DNA from: Octopus vulgaris
Taxonomy: Eukaryota
Length of the DNA stretch: 64,000 nt
Direction of reading: 5' to 3'
NCBI GenBank assembly: GCA_951406725.2
Contig: OX597819.1
Coordinates: 123,380,001-123,444,000 of the forward strand
Both the position numbers and the translations under genes were made by a program. The notes under the pieces were generated by a model. That model had not been told where the DNA came from and made no database searches. It worked only from the letters and a program-made list of their open reading frames with translations. This document shows positions 12,764 through 25,286 of this stretch, piece by piece; the stretch's first letter is position 1; each line of letters begins with the position of its first letter.

Positions 12764-13182
12764 TTATAGTATAAATGATAGAGAAATGGGTGGGGGTAAG
12801 AGGTAGAGGAGGTACTTTGTCATTCCTCTCTTCGTGTTTTCAATTTGACCAAACTAATACAATCCCTATTTCTAGGTCAGTTTAAACACAAACTTCGAAT
12901 CTGCTACATTCTATATAAATTCTCTACAGGGAATGACCAACTTTAAGAGAATCTTACATTGCTTATAAACTTTACATCTGGATGGACTCATATTAAACTC
13001 TGTTGGACTTTTGGATTTTACTCAAAGGATATTGGAATATTACACATATATACCATTATGCCTATAAAACGGATTTATCAACTCAATAACCATACATATC
13101 TTACATATATATTTCTTTCCTCCACCTCACTCTATTTGTATCACATCGAAACTAACTATGACTTAATTTTTCCTCTCACACC

Positions 13183-13234
13183 GTCTCCGATGAAGGGATA
13201 TTATTAATTAATATTCTAGAAACAGCTGTAAGAC
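13183..13234 (+). ncRNA. Type I hammerhead ribozyme with CCGAUGA core variant
   Basis: gtct-CCGATGA-agggatatta/taatattct-a-GAAAC-agct-GTA-agac. Palindromic helix III acagctgt. Confidence 0.8.
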
Positions 13235-13459
13235 CTTCTATCTATAAATGCTCTAATATCTATACAGCCTTGGTTTTTTTATCTCATTCCCCAAAAAATT
13301 CATAAAAACACACGCTGACATAAAACCAACGTTGAACCCTTTATTCGCAATATTACCGAATCTGGAACTTAACTATGGTCTATCTATAGCACTTATTCAG
13401 CATTACCTGACACCTTTGGGTCTCAATGACCAACTTATAACCTCAACTTCTCGCTAATA

Positions 13460-13587
<128 letters not shown>

Positions 13588-13589
13588 TA

Positions 13590-13700
13590 TGAAAGAATGG
13601 AGTCGAACGACGATTTAACAAAATTCCATTATTCTCGACATATGTTTCGAAGACTGCATATTCTTAATTCCGAAGGAATAAAGGGTGGATTATGCCGCCT

Positions 13701-13705
<5 letters not shown>
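13590..13705 (-). mobile_element. Short repeat with 5'-truncated HHR between (GATA)n and (TA)n
   Basis: (ta)TGA-gaaggcggca...tgcagtcttc-GAAAC-atat-GTC-gag. The CUGA part is replaced by (TA)n. Confidence 0.6.
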
Positions 13706-13759
<54 letters not shown>

Positions 13760-14191
13760 TGTGTGTGTGTGTGTGTGTGCATCTGGTATTTATGACAGTA
13801 TGTAGAATGAATTTACCGTGCCTAAGAAATGGATTGGAGGAATACTTAGAGTGTTGTATAAATGTTTCTCAATAAGTGTTTGCTAAATTAAGTGTATTGT
13901 TCTATGCAAAATTTCGTAACAAATACACTGCCTTTGCCAGTAAGATCATTCGCCGATCTGACGAAGAGAGAAATATGTGTGTATGTATGTATGTATTATG
14001 CGTGCGTATATATGGAACCTGGTGCCTGTGTGTATATTTGTGAATAAATGGAGAGATATAAAATAGATACCTATAGTTTAAATAGTCGCAAAGCTTTAAA
14101 AAAATTAATTTTAGACAGCTCTCAGAGAAAAATAGGCTTCAAATATGTTTTGCTCTAAAATTGCGCTAAGTTCCAGAAGCTCATAAGTTAT

Positions 14192-14579
14192 TGTGGAAGC
14201 ATTCCGTCGGTTACGACGATGAGGGTTCCGGTTGATCCGAATCAACGGAACAGTCTGCTCGTGAAATTAACGTGTAAGTGGCTGAGCACTCCACAGGCAC
14301 GTGCACCCTTAACGTAGTTCTCGAGGATATTCAGCGTGACACAGAGAGTGACAAGGCCGGGCCCTTGAAATACAGGTACAACAGAAAAAGGAAGTAAGAG
14401 TGAGAGAAAGTTATGGTGAAAGAGTACAGCAGGGATCACCACCATCCCTTGCCGGAGCCTCGTGGAGATTTTTAGGTGTTTTCGCTCAATAAACACTCAC
14501 AACGCCCGGTCTGGGAATCGAAACCGCGATCCTATGACCGCGAGTCCGCTACCCTAACCACTGGGCCATTGCACCACCA
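14192..14579 (-). mobile_element. tRNA-derived SINE (family 3 related) with 12-bp TSD
   Basis: A box TGGCCCAGTGG, B box GTTTCGATTCC. TSD ctcataagttat at 14180-14191 and 14580-14591. Confidence 0.9.
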
Positions 14580-14691
14580 CTCATAAGTTATAGTGAGTAT
14601 GATAATAGAATTTTTGTATCGGCTTTATTTTCTACGAATTACTCAGAAAAACGATATGGCAAATAATAAAATGTGAAACATGCATAGATAT

Positions 14692-14725
<34 letters not shown>

Positions 14726-14819
14726 GTGATGGAAACTACACTATAAGAAGTAAAATATGAAACAATTTGTAACTTAAACCGTTAAACTGTGTATCACAAT
14801 TCAGAATATTAAATAATTG

Positions 14820-15081
14820 TATTCTGTTGTGTCTGGGGAGAGTCATTTTCTTTTTGTGACTTATAATTTAACACACTCACCGGTAAAATTTCCACTTATT
14901 CCTTATTTTTATTTTCCCAAAACCTTCGTTGCGTCTCGCAACCTTTTCAATAGTCAAGGTTGCAAGACGTAACGAAAATTGTAAGAAAATAAAAGCAAGA
15001 AACAAGTGGAAATTTTACCGGTGAGTGTGTTACATTATAAGGCACAAAAAGAAAATGACTCTCTCCAGACACAAAAGAATA
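14820..15081. repeat. Foldback repeat, about 126-bp arms with a 10-bp spacer
   Basis: 14820-14945 is an imperfect reverse complement of 14956-15081. Confidence 0.9.
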
Positions 15082-15680
15082 TGCTTCAACGCACGAACTC
15101 GCATAAAGAATCTTGTAAACCAAATCTAAAAACGAAAAGTAATTGTATATTATAGAAGAAAACTTTTCAACCGCAAATCAAATTTTGTTTCATATTGATT
15201 AAGGTCCTACGGATATCATCTTGACTAGTAAATAGCATCTTTATCTAAGTCTATCTCGCTTTTGTTTTAGCACAGTTATTAAAGTTTTCCGAAAGTAACT
15301 CACCTAATAATTATAACACTTGTACAGCTCAGTTTTGGAAGCAGTCGACTGAATATACTTCAACACATGCCTGGAAGAATCATTATCGACTCGGGATTTT
15401 ACAGAGACATCACTCAGAACGTATAATCGGAACTTATAGCGCTTCTTCACCATCATTAATAATCTCAATACAATAACTATTACATTACAGGAATTTGCTT
15501 TGATACTTAATTTGTAACTGTTAAATCTCATTGTATATGTATGTGTGTATATATATACATATGTATGTATACAATACCTGATATAATATGAAAGGAGAGA
15601 AGGAGAGGTATTTGAACCTCGCATATCTCTTTATACGTCTCTCCTCCTCTCATTTATTTTCTTTCATTCTCTCTCTCACA

Positions 15681-15712
<32 letters not shown>

Positions 15713-15761
15713 TTCCATCTATCTGTCAATCTTCATTCCTTCTCCTTCTCAGTATATATAT

Positions 15762-15990
15762 TTTTTTACTACCCACAATGGGCTAAACACAGAGGGGACA
15801 ATCAAGGACAGACAAAGGGATTAAGTCGATTACATCGACTCCAGTGCGTAACTGGTACTTAATTTATCGACCCAGAAAGGATGAAAGGCAAAGTTGACTA
15901 CGGCGGAATTTGAACTCGGAACGTAACGACAGACGAAATACGGCTACGCATTTCGCCCGACGTGCTAACGGTTCTGCCAGCACGTCGCCT
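15762..15990 (-). mobile_element. SINE family 1 with 17-bp TSD
   Basis: TSD tccttctcagtatatat at 15743-15759 and 15991-16007. Confidence 0.9.
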
Positions 15991-16227
15991 TCCTTCTCAG
16001 TATATATTCATTATCCTAACTTAGCAGCCAACTTCCGTGTCTACTGCTTTGGCCATAGACATTGAACTGTTTCCACCAATTGGTCTATATTTTGAAATGT
16101 TTTAAGAGGAAATTCTTGCGTTATGGGTAATATTCTTATTATATATTACGCAGACCTGGAACCGACGTGTTAATCGATTTCAAAGTAACACTATTTGGTT
16201 TGACTTTATTATTACAACGTATATATA

Positions 16228-16632
16228 CGCAGGAGTGGCTGTGTGATAAGTAGCTTGCTTACCAACCACATGGTTCCGGGTTCAGTCCCACTGCGTGGCA
16301 TCTTGGGCAAGTGTCTTTTGCTATAGCCCCGGGCCGACCAATGCCTTGTGAGTGGATTTGATAGACGGAAACTGAAAGAAGCCTGTCGTATATATGTATA
16401 TGTATATACATATGTGTGTGTATGTTTGTGTGTCTGTGTTTGTCCCCTTAGCATTGCTTGACAACCAATGCTGGTGTGTTTACGTCCCCGTCACTTAGCG
16501 GTTCGGCAAAAGAGACCGATAGAATAAGTACTGGGCTTACAAAAGAATAAGTCCCGGGGTCGATTTGCTCGACTAAAGGAGGTGCTCCAGCATGGCCGCA
16601 GTCAAATGACTGAAACAAGTAAAAGAGTAAAG
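16228..16632 (+). mobile_element. SINE family 2, full length
   Basis: Head aggagtggctgtgtgataag...ggttcagtcc, CORE-like cttgggcaagtgtctt, tail ggtgctccagcatggccgcagtcaaatgactgaaac. Confidence 0.9.
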
Positions 16633-16935
16633 AGAGAGAGAGTATACATACGTGCATATGTGCACACAAGCGTACATGCACACTCACACGCACACACACA
16701 CACACACACGCACACACATATACACACAAATACACACTCATACACAGACATATACATACATAAAACAGTAACTTTCGTATTTTGCTTATAAAAATTCGCA
16801 TGCATAGAATGCCTGACAAGTGATAACATGTGACGTTCTGCGACATGATTGCGACATAATAAATACATGTGCGTACTCATGGCTGTCTGTCTGACTGTAT
16901 GGTATGCATGGATGCATGCTGTACGTAACTGTGTA

Positions 16936-17496
16936 TTGGGTTGTCTGGAAAGTTCGTGCCGATTTATAGTAGCTTACTTTCGACTTATTTTAGAACATGG
17001 TCGAGTCCATAAAATAGGATTTGACTACACCTCCATTTAGAGTACAGTCTAAGCTATCTTTTTATGGAAGAAGGTTTATGTTCCTATAACCTGTGTTAAT
17101 TTTGTAACCCTTTAAATTGGAAGATAAAGTTCATTTTCAGCACTTGATGCTTTGGAACCAGACAAAAATTGCTGCAGTTCGGCTGGGTTGTGTTACCCCA
17201 CCCTCCATATTCACCAGATATTGCTCTTTCGGATTTCCACTTATTCAGGTCTCTGCAGAATAGTTTTAAAGGGTAAAAATTTCAATTCCTTGGATGACGT
17301 AAAAAGATACCTTGGTGAATTCTTTGCCATGAAACCACCTCACTTCTGGGAAGAGGATATTTTCAAATTAAAAGAAAGATGGAGACGCATTGTGGAACAA
17401 AATGGTTTATATTTAGTTGATTAAAAATGAATGGCAAGTATTTATTGACCTTTTTCTTTCCTTTAAAAATCAGCTCGAACATTCCGGATAACCCAA
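16936..17496 (+). mobile_element. Internally deleted mariner transposon
   Basis: TIRs ttgggttgtctggaaagttcg / cgaacattccggataacccaa, TA on both sides, HPPYSPDIALSDFHLF motif and C-terminus. Confidence 0.9.
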
Positions 17497-17520
17497 TAGC
17501 TATCTATCTATCTATCTGTA

Positions 17521-17592
<72 letters not shown>

Positions 17593-17969
17593 AATCTATA
17601 TATCTCGATACATACATTTATACATTAATATGTGAGCGTATGTGAGAAGAGAGAGAGAGAGAGTGAGAGTGAGAGAAAGCGAGAGAGAGAGAGACAGAGA
17701 GACAGAGAAACAGAGAGAAACATTTAAATAAGAAATGTTTTCATAATAATATTACTAAGATGTCGAAAAATATAATTTTTATTTAAAACTGATTGAACTA
17801 TCTCTATTCGCAAGGTGAACAATATCAGAAGATATATATATAATTTTAATGAATTATCTATTTCTGTCACACAAAAGTTAATACCCTGCAGTAAGTTAGT
17901 ATAATACAATTTTAGAATTGCATATTATTGAATATGACGCACATTTATAAAGAGTTGGTTTGCGTAATT

Positions 17970-18165
17970 TTCGCGGGTGTTACGTTCGAACCCCACCCCC
18001 TCCGCGATAATTGAAAATCTGCGAAGCAGAAAGACTAAGGAACTGTACGTCTTTAAAAGTATTTTATAATTTGTATGTATTTATTTTATTATAAATGCAA
18101 AACAATACCATGGAGGAATCGACGTATGCTTAAATGATAAACCGCGATATGGTGAGGGATTACTG
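17970..18165. mobile_element. Tigger/pogo-like MITE remnant
   Basis: Right end ccgcgatatggtgagggattactg followed by TA. Left end is decayed. Confidence 0.5.
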
Positions 18166-18289
18166 TATTCACTGACAACTTAAAGATATGATTTTTGACT
18201 GGTGAATATGTCATGTTAATACTGTTTATCTAGCTTTTTGTTATACGGCAAGCTTGAACGTTTATTTGCATTTCGATATAGACTTATTA

Positions 18290-18464
18290 AGGAGTGGCTG
18301 TGTGGCTGTGTGGTAAGTAGCTTGTTTACCAACCACATGGTTCCGGGTTCAGTCCCACTGCGTGGCACCTTGGGCAAGTGTCTTCTACTATAGCCTCTGA
18401 CCGACCAAAAACCTTGTGAGTGGATTTGGTAGACGGAATCTGAAAGAAGCCCGTCGTATATATG

Positions 18465-18530
<66 letters not shown>

Positions 18531-18738
18531 TGTGTCTGTGTTTGTCCCCCTAGCATTGCTTGACAACCGATGCTGGTGTGTTTATGTCCCCGTTACTTAG
18601 CGGTTCGGCAAAAGAGACCAATAGAATAAGTACTGGGCTTACAAAAGAATAAGTCCCGGGGTCGAGTTGCTCGATTAAAGGCGGTGCTCCAGCATGGCCG
18701 CAGTCAAATGACTGAAACAAGTAAAAGAGTAAAAGAGT
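18290..18738 (+). mobile_element. SINE family 2, full length
   Basis: Highly similar to 16228-16632. Confidence 0.9.
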
Positions 18739-19234
18739 ATTTAAATTTGTATGAATCAGGGCAAACCACAGACTGTGAAAGGCAATTATAAAATGGAATA
18801 TTATTGTCTTCCCTACTCCCAAAACGCTTTCAACAACAAAGTGTTGATCGCATGTCTGTTCCAAATGCATCATAAATTTCACCGAGATGTTTACACTAAT
18901 CCTATGTGCATTCCACAATTCCAGCATTACGTAACCTATTCCATATTACAAATCTCTAAACTTCATACAGCTCCACAAATTCCAGACTGTAAGAGACACA
19001 AACAACAACAGTACAAGCCCAAAATGCCGGAACATCTCCAGAACCCAACGGCACACTTAATTTACACAAATACTTATTATTCTCTACCCTCATGATTCAT
19101 CGTCTTTTCTTTTCCACATTCCTAGGATCAGTTACACAACACTTCGTACAATTGCCAAATTAGATATACATCCTAGATATACATCGAATCACACGCATTC
19201 TTCGGACCACCTTTACATTACATACTACCTTCTT

Positions 19235-19588
19235 GGAGAAAAAATTCAGGATGACATTCCAAAGGTTGGAGCAGTTTGAATGGGAAACGATCCCCTGCCA
19301 TCTTCATCGGACATTGCCCCGTCTGAATATCATTTATTCTGCAGTCTTCAAAATAATTTGAATGGAAAATATATGAATTCTGTAGACGAGGTCAGAACAG
19401 TATTGGAAGAGTATTTTTTGTCACAAACAAGTGAATTTTGTAAGAAGGGCTTTCCAAGTCTACCAGATAGATGGAAGAGCATTGTAGAATATGAGGGAGA
19501 GTATATTTTAGATGAAAAAAGATTTTGTTTATCTTAATTTTGAAAAGTAAAAGTGTAAAAACACCGTATTGTTTAAGGGATAACCCAA
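19235..19588 (+). pseudogene. mariner 3' fragment with right TIR
   Basis: SSDIAPSEYHLFCSLQNNLNGK...LPDRWKSIVEYEGEYI. Ends ggataacccaa followed by ta. Confidence 0.85.
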
Positions 19589-20324
19589 TACATACCTGTG
19601 TGTGCGTTGATATAATTACTGAACACAAGACATAAATTGAAAACCACTTCACTACGTATCCCTTGTGTATAACAACTATAAGCAATACATAAAATTCATA
19701 GCACAGATATTTCTCACAGGGGAAAACACTTATATATTATTTGGAATATTTATGGATGACCGTATAGACAGGACGATAGCAACACCTCAGCAAAGACCCC
19801 TACGATGACTTCCACAATAGCCCAGCAGAAACGGGCAAAAGTGACAGTGAATCTACGCTGGTTTGTTTAAAGCCCAGGATTTCTTCTATCCGGATACTAA
19901 AGTACGCAAACTGTAAGTATTCGAATGCCCATTTGTCGAAAGAATGAAAGTAAATGAGATTTCTTTCCATTAAAACGCTACCACAGTAATTGCCACGTAA
20001 TCTCTAATAGCTGAACTCAGCAAACTACCACAGTCTTAGTGCATATGTTGCTTATAGAAACAGTGTAGAGGCAGAAATATTTTGTCTCTATCACACAATA
20101 GAAACGTCACTGCTGTCTACTGAAGCATTATTACAGTCACAACTTGATATGGAAAATCGGGCGTGGTATATAATAGATAATATACACACGTACGTATGAT
20201 GGGATATAATTTGTCAACTCACTGCGTGCGTCGAGGAATATGTAGTTGAACAAAAGTACAATTACAAAAGCCTTGCAGTTATAATCTTTATGCTAACTTT
20301 TATACAGAGATCTGTGTTAATTAA

Positions 20325-20399
<75 letters not shown>

Positions 20400-20400
<1 letters not shown>

Positions 20401-20565
20401 TCATCTTACCAGACAAGAATCACCTTGCATGGGACTAAGAGATCATACTATTTCAGAGTATTGTGTTTCTTCAGTTGCAGGTGTCTAGTCAACGCAAACC
20501 AGTCAAATGTCACTGCCAATGTTATGTACTCCGTGGGGGAGATTCAAGTTAATATCCTATTAGAC

Positions 20566-20620
<55 letters not shown>

Positions 20621-20848
20621 TGATTGATTCTAGTTTCAGCTCACGAGCTGTGGCCATGCTGGGGCACCGCCATTTATATATAATATTATAAATTAGGGTA
20701 TCTATGAGATACCACCATGCTAAAAATAGCAACCATGATCTGACTCTAAAACGGAGAGAAAAGAAAGAGACAAGATGAAACTAGTAAAAAATTACTAGTT
20801 TCATTTTAATTACTAGTTTCATTTTAATTCTAGATCCCGGATTTCTGC
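20400..20848. repeat. Local inverted duplication of 25071-25238 plus 22537-22750
   Basis: Both blocks are near-identical reverse complements, joined by (TA)n. Confidence 0.9.
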
Positions 20849-21277
20849 CTTTCTATCTTTTAATTATTTTGATGCGTAACTTATTCGTGCGTTGTAAATG
20901 AAATAAATATATTTGTACTTCACTGAAAGAAGATTGACTACTTCCTCTGGCTTGCTATATTCTCGCATGCATTTTCTTCGAAAGTAGCACTGGTGACGTC
21001 AGTGTCTCATTTTATTTGTGAACATAATTCACGTTCTTTTAGCAAAAATATTGGTATGACTTTGGTTTTTAAAAATTCCAGTCCAATTATATAAGCACAT
21101 ATTTGTGTGTGCACATCTGTAGATATATATATGTGTGCATATATTATATATACATAGGCGCACATGGATTTATCTATATATATATATAAGGATAAGATCG
21201 TTAATTTCAAAATAAAATAACGATTTTATCAAGTGGTCAGCATGGAAAAAATAACCTTCAAAGGTAATAATTATTAA

Positions 21278-21455
21278 AATTATAAATTAGGGTATCTATG
21301 AGATACCACTATGCTGAAAATAGCAGCCATGATCTGACTCTAAAACCACCCTAATTGTCCATATATCAACACGGAGAGAAAACAAAGAGACAAGATGAAA
21401 CTAGTAAAAAATTACTGGATAATTCTAGATCCCGGATTTCTGACTTTGCATTTAT
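21278..21455 (-). mobile_element. Diverged inverted copy of the HHR-bearing repeat at 22480-22690
   Basis: attataaattagggtatc...tctagatcccggatttctgactttgcattta. Truncated inside HHR helix II. Confidence 0.8.
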
Positions 21456-21479
21456 ATGTTGTATTTGTATATATATATG

Positions 21480-21519
<40 letters not shown>

Positions 21520-21525
<6 letters not shown>

Positions 21526-22423
21526 TGTATATGTACATGTAGAGGTAGGTACGTACATACATGTTTATATATATGCATATATTTTATTAACATATTATAC
21601 GACTAAACGCACGCACCCTATTAAGTAAGATTGTTCTGTTTATCAAGTTCGCCTTGATATTAACTCTCACGCGACTCTGCCTCTTTCTTTCTTTCTCTCC
21701 CATTCCCTTTTTCGTCCTTTTTCCCTCACTTAACTTGTCTCTTCCTCTCTCTCTCCCCCTCACTGTTCTTCATGGTCTCCTCGCACCATTCCCCTTCTTC
21801 TCTCTCTTCCTCTTGCTCCTCCTCCCCCATTCCCGTCGTCCATCTGCGACGTACTTCCGTCGTAACTGCTTTCCTGTCTTTCCTCACCTGCCTTCTAAGG
21901 CCACTGGTCGACATCTTCCTCTCTCGTCGTCCACTATAATCCAGCGTTTGCAATACTTTTTTCGTCTGGCGTTAACAGCCCTTCTTATCTTGTTCTCCTT
22001 GTCCTGTCTCTCACTGTTATATATTTATTTTTCCACTGTTTATATATATATTTTTTACTGTTTATATGTTTGTACTGTCGTTACCGTCTTGCCTTTTTTT
22101 TACCCCTCCGCGACAAGATCTCAGAATTTTAATTGATTTGCTTGTCTCGGGAAGGAATTTTTCATTCGAAGTATACGTCTCGCTTTTATCCTTCGAAACG
22201 TTTAGTAGATGAAACTTTAGCGACTGAAGAAGGGGATTTTTCGTTGTGCTTATTGTCCTGTATCTCCTTTTTTTGCTTGTCTTGTTCCTTGGTTTGTGTC
22301 TATGTTTTTCGTCTCTCTATGTGTTCGACGTCCTTTTGGTGTCCTGTACACATATATGCGTGTATATGTACATGTAGAGGTAGGTACGTACATACATGTT
22401 TATATATATGCATATATTTTATT

Positions 22424-22430
<7 letters not shown>
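21520..22430 (+). mobile_element. Non-coding element with about 75-bp terminal direct repeats inserted in (TA)n
   Basis: Direct repeat tatgcgtgtatatgtacatgtagaggtagg...ttattaacat at about 21520-21593 and 22355-22428. Pyrimidine-rich body. Related copy at 59560-60025. Confidence 0.75.
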
Positions 22431-22478
<48 letters not shown>

Positions 22479-22499
22479 TTATGTTTCTCTTCGGTGTGT

Positions 22500-22558
22500 A
22501 TTCTACTGACGAGGCAAAGCATTCCTAAATGCAAAGTCAGAAATCCGGGATCTAGAAT
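22500..22558 (+). ncRNA. Type I hammerhead ribozyme
   Basis: attcta-CTGACGA-ggc...gtc-a-GAAA-tccggg-ATC-tagaat. 6-bp helix I and near-palindromic helix III. Confidence 0.8.
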
Positions 22559-22746
22559 TAAAATGAAACTAGTAATTTTTTACTAGTTTCATCTTGTCTC
22601 TTTCTTTTCTCTCCGTTTTAGAGTCAGATCATGGTTGCTATTTTTAGCATGGTGATATCTCATAGATACCCTAATTTATAATATTATATATAAATGGCGG
22701 TGCCCCAGCATGGCCACAGCTCGTGAGCTGAAACTAGAATCAATCA

Positions 22747-22799
<53 letters not shown>

Positions 22800-22856
22800 C
22801 ATTATTGGTGAATTGAAGAAATGGAGCTGAACGCAGATTGAACGGAAATCGTTTTA

Positions 22857-22946
22857 TTTCATTCTACACGTGTTTCGAAAGGCACAAATTACCAAAATCC
22901 GATGGAATAATGGGACCATATTGTGTCTTTCTCTTCAGGAAGAAAA
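22857..22946 (-). ncRNA. Type I hammerhead ribozyme (left arm)
   Basis: Mirror copy of 24730-24818. Confidence 0.85.
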
Positions 22947-23533
22947 TAGGAAATCCGTTGGAAAAACAAAAACAGAACAGAGGCGGAGCAAAAACAAATC
23001 GAACTATGCTCCTAAGAGCCCATGGCGAAACTGTTTATCAGTGTATGTTGAGAACCGGTGGCTGAAGAATTCAACGGGTCAGGCATCGGTCAATCATGTG
23101 GGTGAGGGGGCGTAGATGTTCTTTGTGACCGAGAATAAAGTTCTGACTATTTAAGGAATATTGGATGTTTTATAAGGGGCGAGAAAAAATCTACTTAGAG
23201 ACGTGTGTGTGTGTATACTGTTCTATATACGTGTGTGTTGGCGTAGGGGTAGAAAACATTTTTTGTGTACGTGTGTGCGTTTGATCGTTCGGCTGTCAGT
23301 GGCTACTGCCGTGATGACCGTTGGGTGGCAGAAAAAAAATATACATCATGTTTTATGTGTGTGTGTGTTCTCATCTAAACCTGCCTTGTCAAGGAAACCC
23401 CCCGCTGTGAAAAAACCAAGCCCCGTTTGTCTTACAGGAGTAATTCCCCTTGCAGTGGTTAATCGTAGATATCTTAAAGGCTATTTCAGAATTTGTTACC
23501 AAGGGCTATGGGTGCCGGTATTATTTATAAACG

Positions 23534-23930
23534 CTATTTAAAAGCCAGATAAGTGTAACGCCGCCAATGGGGGCATCGAAAAGCCGACTGTAAAAGCCCG
23601 TTTACCATCCGGCCTCTGGCAAACAAAATATGGAAGAGTTCGGAGACACAAAGGTTGCACTGCCTTCTGCCCCTATCAAATGGGAGGGCCACCGACAAAA
23701 TTGACCATTCCAGCCTGTAGCTTAAGTTCGTATCCTTCAGTCGCCATATTAGCTTACTGAGTCCCGTGGTCTGGCGCTTGTTCATGTCCCGAAAAGTTGC
23801 GTAATGGTTGGAGACACGCAAAGACAATCTTGAGGATGAGGCCCCTACATAAGTGAAGACATCTGAGTCCGTGTAAACCTTGCATTGGTAGACGGCGTTT
23901 TTGATCTTGGAGTTCGCCGACGTGAATCTA
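23534..23930 (-). pseudogene. 5'-truncated GIY-YIG endonuclease domain (open frame)
   Basis: KNAVYQCKVYTDSDVFTYVGASSSRLSLRVSNH...LSKLIWRLKD...WSIL...CNLCVSE...CPH. Confidence 0.9.
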
Positions 23931-24729
23931 ATTCTGAAGGATACGAACTTAAGCTACAGGCTGGAATGGTCAATTTTGTCGGTGGCCCTCCCATTTGATA
24001 GGGGCAGAAGGCAGTGCAACCTTTGTGTCTCCGAACTCTTCCATATTTTGTTTGCCAGAGGCCGAATGGTAAACGGGCTTTTACAGTCGGCTTTTCGATG
24101 CCCCCATTGGCGGCGTTACACTTATCTGGCTTTTAAATAGCGTTTATAAATAATACCGGCACCCATAGCCCTTGGTAACAAATTCTGAAATAGCCTTTAA
24201 GATATCTACGATTAACCACTGCAAGGGGAATTACTCCTGTAAGACAAACGGGGCTTGGTTTTTTTCACAGCGGGGGGTTTCCTTGACAAGGCAGGTTTAG
24301 ATGAGAACACACACACACATAAAACATGATGTATATTTTTTTTCTGCCACCCAACGGTCATCACGGCAGTAGCCACTGACAGCCGAACGATCAAACGCAC
24401 ACACGTACACAAAAAATGTTTTCTACCCCTACGCCAACACACACGTATATAGAACAGTATACACACACACACGTCTCTAAGTAGATTTTTTCTCGCCCCT
24501 TATAAAACATCCAATATTCCTTAAATAGTCAGAACTTTATTCTCGGTCACAAAGAACATCTACGCCCCCTCACCCACATGATTGACCGATGCCTGACCCG
24601 TTGAATTCTTCAGCCACCGGTTCTCAACATACACTGATAAACAGTTTCGCCATGGGCTCTTAGGAGCATAGTTCGATTTGTTTTTGCTCCGCCTCTGTTC
24701 TGTTTTTGTTTTTCCAACGGATTTCCTAT

Positions 24730-24818
24730 TTTCTTCCTGAAGAGAAAGACACAATATGGTCCCATTATTCCATCGGATTTTGGTAATTTGTGCCTTTCGA
24801 AACACGTGTAGAATGAAA
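24730..24818 (+). ncRNA. Type I hammerhead ribozyme (right arm)
   Basis: ttc-CTGAAGA(24737-43)-gaaagacacaa...ttgtgcctttc-GAAAC-acgt-GTA(24808-10)-gaa. Palindromic helix III acacgtgt. Confidence 0.88.
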
Positions 24819-25027
24819 TAAAACGATTTCCGTTCAATCTGCGTTCAGCTCCATTTCTTCAATTCACCAATAATGTTCTAATTTCAATTATCCGCACCAA
24901 CGCACGGTTGCAACACCATATGGTTGTACCTCCAACCGTGCTGTTTTACTGCTGTGATTTTTGCTACTAAGGTATCGGTTAAACTTTTGATTAATCTACT
25001 ACAAGATTATTCATCTTTCTATTTCAC

Positions 25028-25070
<43 letters not shown>

Positions 25071-25072
<2 letters not shown>

Positions 25073-25236
25073 GTCTAATAGGATATTAACTTGAATCTCC
25101 CCCACGGAGTACATAACATTGGCAGTGACATTTGACTGGTTTGCGTTGACTAGACACCTGCAACTGAAGAAACACAATACTCTGAAATAGTATGATCTCT
25201 TAGTCCCATGCAAGGTGATTCTTGTCTGGTAAGATG

Positions 25237-25286
<50 letters not shown>

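Larger units (their letters stand above)
22798..25028. mobile_element. Palindromic head-to-head PLE insertion (Naiad-like) in (TA)n
   Basis: Near-identical arms 22798-23740 and 23934-24877 with a 193-bp spacer. GIY-YIG coding, an HHR in each arm, (TA)n on both flanks. Confidence 0.92.

Noticed and set aside
21654-22136. 160-aa hydrophobic ORF
   Set aside because: Product of a pyrimidine-rich low-complexity tract inside a repeat.
23534-24400. Selenocysteine/SECIS as reported for some Naiad PLEs
   Set aside because: The visible Cys motifs use TGC/TGT, there is no in-frame TGA in the retained part, and I found no convincing SECIS stem.
25155-25200. CTGAAGA...GAAA hammerhead-like words (also 20430-20480 and 26120-26155)
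   Set aside because: No consistent helix II or helix I pairing and no clear NUH site.
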